The translations under genes and the position numbers were made by a program. 42,200 nt of DNA. Source: Octopus bimaculoides. Its lineage: Eukaryota. Below, piece after piece: positions 36,846-42,200 of this stretch (positions are counted from its first letter, which is position 1; each line of letters starts with the position of its first letter). The stretch spans positions 23,650,153 through 23,692,352 of the forward strand of contig NC_068996.1 of assembly GCF_001194135.2 (NCBI RefSeq), read 5' to 3'. The notes under the pieces were generated by a model that did not search any database, was not told where the DNA came from, and saw nothing but the letters and a program-made list of their open reading frames with translations.

Positions 36846-39087
36846 AAATAATTACAGAGGTATCAAGTTGTTAGATGAGGTAATGAAAGTCATGGAGAGG
36901 GTCATAGCCCAACTAATTAGGGAGCGAATCAGTTTAGATGAGATGCAGTTTGGGTTCGTGCCAGGGAAAAGCACTACTGATGCCTTATTTCTAGTGAGAC
37001 AGCTGCAGGAGAAATACTTAGCCAAGGATAAACCTCTGTACCTGGCTTTCATTGACATGGAGAAAGCCTTTGACAGGGTCCCCCGATCTCTTATCTGGTG
37101 GTCAATGAGGAAACTTGGGATAGAAGAATGGTTAGTGAGAGCTGTGCAAGCCATGTACAGAGACGCTGTCAGTAAGGTGAGGATTGGCAATGAGTACAGT
37201 GAAGAATTCCAGGTAGACGTAGGGGTCCACCAAGGTTCTGTCCTCAGCCCCCTCCTATTTAGTCCTCCAGGCGATAACAGAGGAATTCAAGACAGGGTGC
37301 CCCTGGGAGCTCCTCTATGCTGATGACCTTGCACTAATTGCTGAATCACTATCTGAACTAGAGAAGAAGTTTCAGGTGTGGAAGCAAGGACTAGAATCAA
37401 AGGGCCTTAGGGTCAACTTAGCTAAAACCAAAATCCTAATAAGTAGGAAGGTAGACAAAACACAGACCCCTTCAGGTAGATGGCCCTGCTCAGTATGTAG
37501 AAAAGGAGTAGGTAGAAACTCTATAAGATGTATCCAGTGCAAGCTATGGACACATAAGAGGTGCAGCAATATCAAAGGCAGATTAACTAGGAAGTTAGTT
37601 TTTGTATGTGGCAGATGTTCAGGTGCAATAAAGACTGCAAACAAACAGGAAACAACTTCTATCTCATTCCAGGGTGAAAAACTAGAGGTAGTCGATAGCT
37701 TCCGCTATCTGGGTGACCAAGTTAGTTGTGGAGGAGGGTGTGCTGAAAGTGTANNNNNNNNNNNNNNNNNNNNNNNNNNNNNNNNNNNNNNNNNNNNNNN
37801 NNNNNNNNNNNNNNNNNNNNNNNNNNNNNNNNNNNNNNNNNNNNNNNNNNNNNNNNNNNNNNNNNNNNNNNNNNNNNNNNNNNNNNNNNNNNNNNNNNNN
37901 NNNNNNNNNNNNNNNNNNNNNNNNNNNNNNNNNNNNNNNNNNNNNNNNNNNNNNNNNNNNNNNNNNNNNNNNNNNNNNNNNNNNNNNNNNNNNNNNNNNN
38001 NNNNNNNNNNNNNNNNNNNNNNNNNNNNNNNNNNNNNNNNNNNNNNNNNNNNNNNNNNNNNNNNNNNNNNNNNNNNNNNNNNNNNNNNNNNNNNNNNNNN
38101 NNNNNNNNNNNNNNNNNNNNNNNNNNNNNNNNNNNNNNNNNNNNNNNNNNNNNNNNNNNNNNNNNNNNAAGTTGAACCTAAGAAGCATCAGTTGTGGTGT
38201 GCAAGAGAAACGATTGCGCTGGTATGGACATGTGGCGAGAATGGATGAGGATAGCTGTGTGAAAAAGTGCCACACCCTAGTGGTTGAGGGAACCCGTGGA
38301 AGAGGCAGGCCCAGGAAGACCTAGGATGAGGTGATGAAGCACGACCTCCGAACATTAGGCCTCACCGAGGCGATGACTTGTGACCGAGACCTTTGGAAAT
38401 ATGCTGTGCGTGAGAAGACCCAGCAAGCCAAGTGAGACCAAAATCCAAGGCCTCTGCCAGGGATGTAGCCAGCCCACTTATGCGTTACATTCCTTCTGGA
38501 CACTAAACTCCACTTGCGAAGACCTGTTGAGGCAAGTGAAATCAAACTAAATTTGTAGACTGGCACCCATGCCAACGTCTTCATTGAACATTAAACTCAG
38601 CTTGCAAAGACCTGTTGGGGCAAGTGAAAGCGATATTGTGATGGTACCTGTACCAGTGGAGGACTAAGAGCACCGTCCAAGCGTGATCGTTGCCAGAGCA
38701 GCTGTCTGGCTTCCATGCCGGTAGCATGTAAATAGCACCATTTAAGCGTGATCATTACCAACGTCGCCTTCCTGGCACGTGAAAAGACATTTGAGCGAGA
38801 TCGTTGCCAGTGCCACAGGACTGGCTCTTGTACAGGTGGCATGTAAAATACACCATTTCGAGCGTGGCCGTTGCCAGTACCTCCTGACTGGCCTTCGTGC
38901 CAGTGGCACGTAAAAGCACCCACTACACTCTCTGAGTGGTTGGCGTTAGGAAGGGCATCCAGCTGTAGAAACTCTGCCAAATCAGATTGGAGCCTGGTGT
39001 AGCCATCTGGTTCACCAGTCCTCAGTCAAATCGTCCATGGAAAGCAGACGTTAAATGATGACAACGATGATGATGATGATGATGATT
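36846..39087 (+). mobile_element. 5'-truncated RTE-clade LINE (RT pseudogene + 3' UTR + (GAT)n tail)
   Basis: NYRGIKLL, QFGFVPGKSTTDA, FIDMEKAFDRVPR, GVHQGSVLSPLLF, frameshift near 37262, LLYADDL, Cys-rich insert WPCSVCRKGVGRNSI, RLRWYGHV, GRGRPRKT* (premature stop). The ORF ends at 38435 and the UTR ends in (GAT)n. Confidence 0.95.
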
Positions 39088-39089
39088 GA

Positions 39090-39542
39090 TTGCCAATATA
39101 ACATGGCAGTCCTGGTTTAGGACTAATGTTGCTGTAATTTAGCCCCAGGAGACATTGTCTCCAGCTGGCTATATGACATGATCTGTATCCTTATATTTTC
39201 AAACAAGGGAATCTAGCACCCCCACTCAGCTCAAAACAATATCTGTGTATTGTGATTTCCAGGTTATTTCCCTTTATCAGCACAGAATAATTGTTCGGCT
39301 AGAGGTGGCGCTGCCAAATTCCCATTCGAAATATAGTTTTCAAAGTGACAACTAGTCACTGATCTTTAAATTAGAAAATTGCTATTTTTAAATCTCACAA
39401 TGTGAGTTGGGGTGCTAGATTCCTTTGTTCGAAAATATAAGGACACAAATCGTGTCGTACAACCAGCCGGAGATCATGTCTCCTGGGGCTAAATTACAGC
39501 AACATTCATCCTAAACCAGGACCACCATGCTATGCTGGAAAA
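39090..39542. mobile_element. Inverted-repeat element, copy 2 (complete, ~140-bp terminal inverted repeats)
   Basis: Left tgccaatataacatggcagtcctggtttagga...gggaatctagcacccccactca (39090-39228) mirrors right tgagttggggtgctagattcc...cctaaaccaggaccaccatgctatgctggaa (39403-39540). Non-coding. Confidence 0.85.
39242..39287 (-). ncRNA. Hammerhead-like motif in inverted-repeat element copy 2 (G8->A, likely inactive)
   Basis: ttctgtg-CTGATAA-a-ggg-aaataa-cct-g-GAAAT-caca-ATA-cacaga. Stem I is perfect; one core substitution. Confidence 0.4.
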
Positions 39543-40281
39543 CAATCATTATAATCATTTAATGTCCATGTTCTATATTTGGATGAGCAGACAGGATCAA
39601 TCAAGGATTGTATTTTGTTCCAATGTTAACTTTAAATATTGGTTTTTTACAGTTGGATGCCCTTCCTAATTGCGATCATTTTATGGCATGTGCTTGCTGC
39701 TTTTTTTTATACCACCAGCACAAGAGAGGTCATGATGCAACACGCAAGATTACAAAACCTGAGGTGGTGGTGGTGATGTTGGTAGGGTTATGCAAGATGT
39801 GGGGTTAGTCTATAACTTATATATATATATATAGTATAGGTATATAAGCCATTAATTCTTTGCTTAGCCGCTATCAGACATTCCTCCTAATTTTGTTTCA
39901 GCTATGAGGTATTAGGGAAATAAAGGGCAAAATTTGAAGGGAGATACAAACCCATAGCCTAACAAACCTCATAATTTACACAATCTGAAACATAATAATG
40001 GTTTCAAAGTCTGGCACAAAGCCAGCAATTTCAGGGATGGAGATAAGTCGATTACTTCAATCCCAGTGCTCAACTGGTACCTATTTTATAGACCCCGCAA
40101 AAGGATGAAAGGTAACATCAACTTTGGTGGAATTTGAACTCAAAATGTAAAGACAGATGAGATACTGCTAAGCATGCTAACAATTTTGTTAGCTTGCCAC
40201 CTTAATCTGAAACAATAATAATCCTTTCTACTAAAGGCACAAGACCTGAAATTTGGGGGGGGGGGGAAGTCAATCACATCA

Positions 40282-40650
40282 TGTTGGCACTCCGTCGCTG
40301 GTTCCAGTTGATCCGATCAACGGAACAGCCTGCTCATGAAATTAATGTGCAAGTGGCTGAGCACTCCACAGACACATGTACCCTTAACGTAGTTCTTGGG
40401 GAGATTCAGTGTGACACAGTGTGACAAGGCTGACCCTTTGAATTACAGGTACAACAGAAACAGGAAGAAAGAGTGAGAGAAAGTTGTGGCGAAAGAGTAC
40501 AGCAGGGTTCGCCACCATCCCCTGCCGGAGCCTCGTGGAGCTTTAGGTGTTTTTGCCTAATAAACACTCACAACACCCGGTCTGGGAATTGAAACCACAA
40601 TCCTACGACTGCGAGTCCGCTGCCCTAACCACTGGGCCATTGCGCCTCCA
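40282..40650 (-). mobile_element. Full-length tRNA-derived SINE family D nested in a family C SINE
   Basis: Head ggaggcgcaatggcccagtggttagggcag with B-box ggtttcaattcc. 11-bp TSD caatcacatca at 40271-40281 and 40651-40661. Confidence 0.92.
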
Positions 40651-40867
40651 CAATCACATCAACCGCAGTACTTAACTGATACTTAATTTATTGACTCTGA
40701 AAGGGTGAAAGGCAAAGTCAACCTTGGTTAAATTTGAACTCCAAAATGTAAAGGCAGATATGCTGCTAAGCATTTTGCTCAGTGCATAATGATTCTACGA
40801 GCTTGCCACCTTAATCTGAAACATAATAATAACAATAAAGACTTAAATCACAGAAATAAGAATAAAT

Positions 40868-41232
40868 TTATTTCTTTACATGTGCTAAATCATATTTCCC
40901 TCGTACACATTTTAATTTTACACCAGGAACATCTTGTAATCTACCTCCTCTAACAAGAACAATACTATGCTCTTGAAGATTGTGTCCTTCTCCAGGTACA
41001 TAAGCTGTGGCTTCACGACCATTACTAAGCCTCACACGAACACATTTTCGATTGGCAGAATTGGGTTTTTTAGGTTTTTTAATTAAAGTTTTTAAAACAA
41101 TGCCACGCAGAAATGGGAGGCCGAATGTTGGACGCTTCTTCTTTATCTTGGGTCGCCATGGAGACCTATGCATTTGATTTAAAGTTGCCATTTGTTGACA
41201 GCATTCCAGAAGTGGTGTTCTAGTATAATTAC
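40868..41232 (-). CDS. MRPS12: Mitochondrial ribosomal protein S12 (uS12m), last coding exon
   Basis: MATLNQMHR...[69 protein letters not shown] is canonical uS12. MATLNQMHR is typical of the mitochondrial form. The frame stays open to an acceptor (ttttcatttcttttag|) at 41232, adding [13 protein letters not shown] (presequence), so the first exon is beyond the window. Confidence 0.96.
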
Positions 41233-41426
41233 CTAAAAGAAATGAAAATGTAAATATTTAAAATAATTATTTACCACAAAGCAATAGAGAATTGGAAGAA
41301 ACATATTCTAATTAGTTAGGTGCAGATGTGACTGCATGGATAATCACACAACCACCCCAAGTTCAGACCTGCTGTGCAGCACTTTGGGCAAATATTTACT
41401 ACTATTGCCCTAAGCCAACCAAAACT

Positions 41427-42200
41427 GGATCTTTCTGATTTGGTGGACACCATCTTTTATTTAGTGTGTTTTCTACCGAAACACTTTAAAACTTCGTATA
41501 CTTGTATATTTTGTCTTATAGAACAGAGAAAAACTTTTATATTCGATGTTATTTCATGTTAAAAGTTGTCGTATTTCGGTAATTTCAACCAATCACTGAT
41601 GTCTGTTCAGCTGAATACAGTTACTGCTGTGGTCTGTCAACAACACATTCTGACAGTGTAATGGGATCTTTTCCCTTGAATAAAATCAGTGCCGTTGTTT
41701 GTCAACAACTATCGGCAGTACTGTTATTTATAACATCGTTCGTATATTAGTACTGGTTTTAGCTTTAGGGTTTTAGGGTTAGGGTTCAGGTTTTACTGTT
41801 AGGGTTAGGGTTATGAGTATTTTTGCAAAATTACTCATAGCCCGAACCCTAACACCCTAAAGCTAAAACCAGTACAAACGCACGAACAATGTCATAAATA
41901 ACAGTACCGCCAATAGTTGTTGTTGACAAACAACGGCACTAATTTTATTCAAGGGAAAAGATCCCATTACACCGCCACAACGTCCTGTTGACAAACCACA
42001 GCAGTAATTGTTTTCACCTCAATAGACGTCAGTGATTGGTTGAAATTACCAAAATACGACAACTTTAACACGAAATAACTTTAAAAATATAAACTTTTCT
42101 CAACAACACTAAGAGTAAAAGATGTTTTATATGACACATTCTACCAGTGTCCCAAGTTTGAAAGTGTTTCGTTAGAAAACAAATGGTGTCCGCCAAATCA
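41427..42200. mobile_element. Long foldback (palindromic) element with central TTAGGG repeats, in the MRPS12 intron
   Basis: Axis ttttg|caaaa at 41825/41826. The arms pair out to tgatttggtggacaccat (41436) and atggtgtccgccaaatca (42200). TTAGGG/CCCTAA units lie at 41765-41860. Confidence 0.85.

Noticed and set aside
39298-39315. CTCF-like motif gctagaggtggcgctg (also 36718-36735)
   Set aside because: Only the 3' half matches the consensus, AGRTGGCGC motifs are common in transposon interiors, and there is no evidence of binding.
40575-40650. tRNA gene
   Set aside because: A and B boxes are present, but there is no proper acceptor or anticodon stem and it continues into a SINE body flanked by a TSD.
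41765-41860. TTAGGG repeats as a true telomere or chromosome-fusion scar
   Set aside because: Only a few imperfect units, internal to a palindromic element in an intron.

Overview
AT-rich, microsatellite- and SINE-dense animal DNA with assembly gaps. The repeat families point to an Octopus-type cephalopod genome (inference). Two host genes are recognisable, both on the minus strand. One is the first coding exon of integrin-linked kinase (ILK, 29971->29883), which the ORF track misses; none of its later exons were found in the ~30 kb downstream. The other is the last coding exon of mitochondrial ribosomal protein S12 (41232->40868). Some unassigned exon-like segments lie on the + strand. The rest is mostly mobile DNA: several tRNA-derived SINE families; mariner/Tc1 relics; hAT and piggyBac-type MITEs; a Helitron 3' end; RTE, Penelope, R4/NeSL-like and CR1/Jockey-like fragments; and an ORF1-only L1/Tx1-like element. 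Three observations stand out. First, four minimal type I hammerhead-ribozyme motifs occur in three unrelated repeat contexts, two of them in copies of an inverted-repeat-bounded element. Second, one copy of that element is interrupted, with a 15-bp target-site duplication, by the ORF1-only Tx1-like retroelement. Third, a >=760-bp foldback with central TTAGGG repeats sits in the MRPS12 intron. Everything was read by eye and no searches were run.
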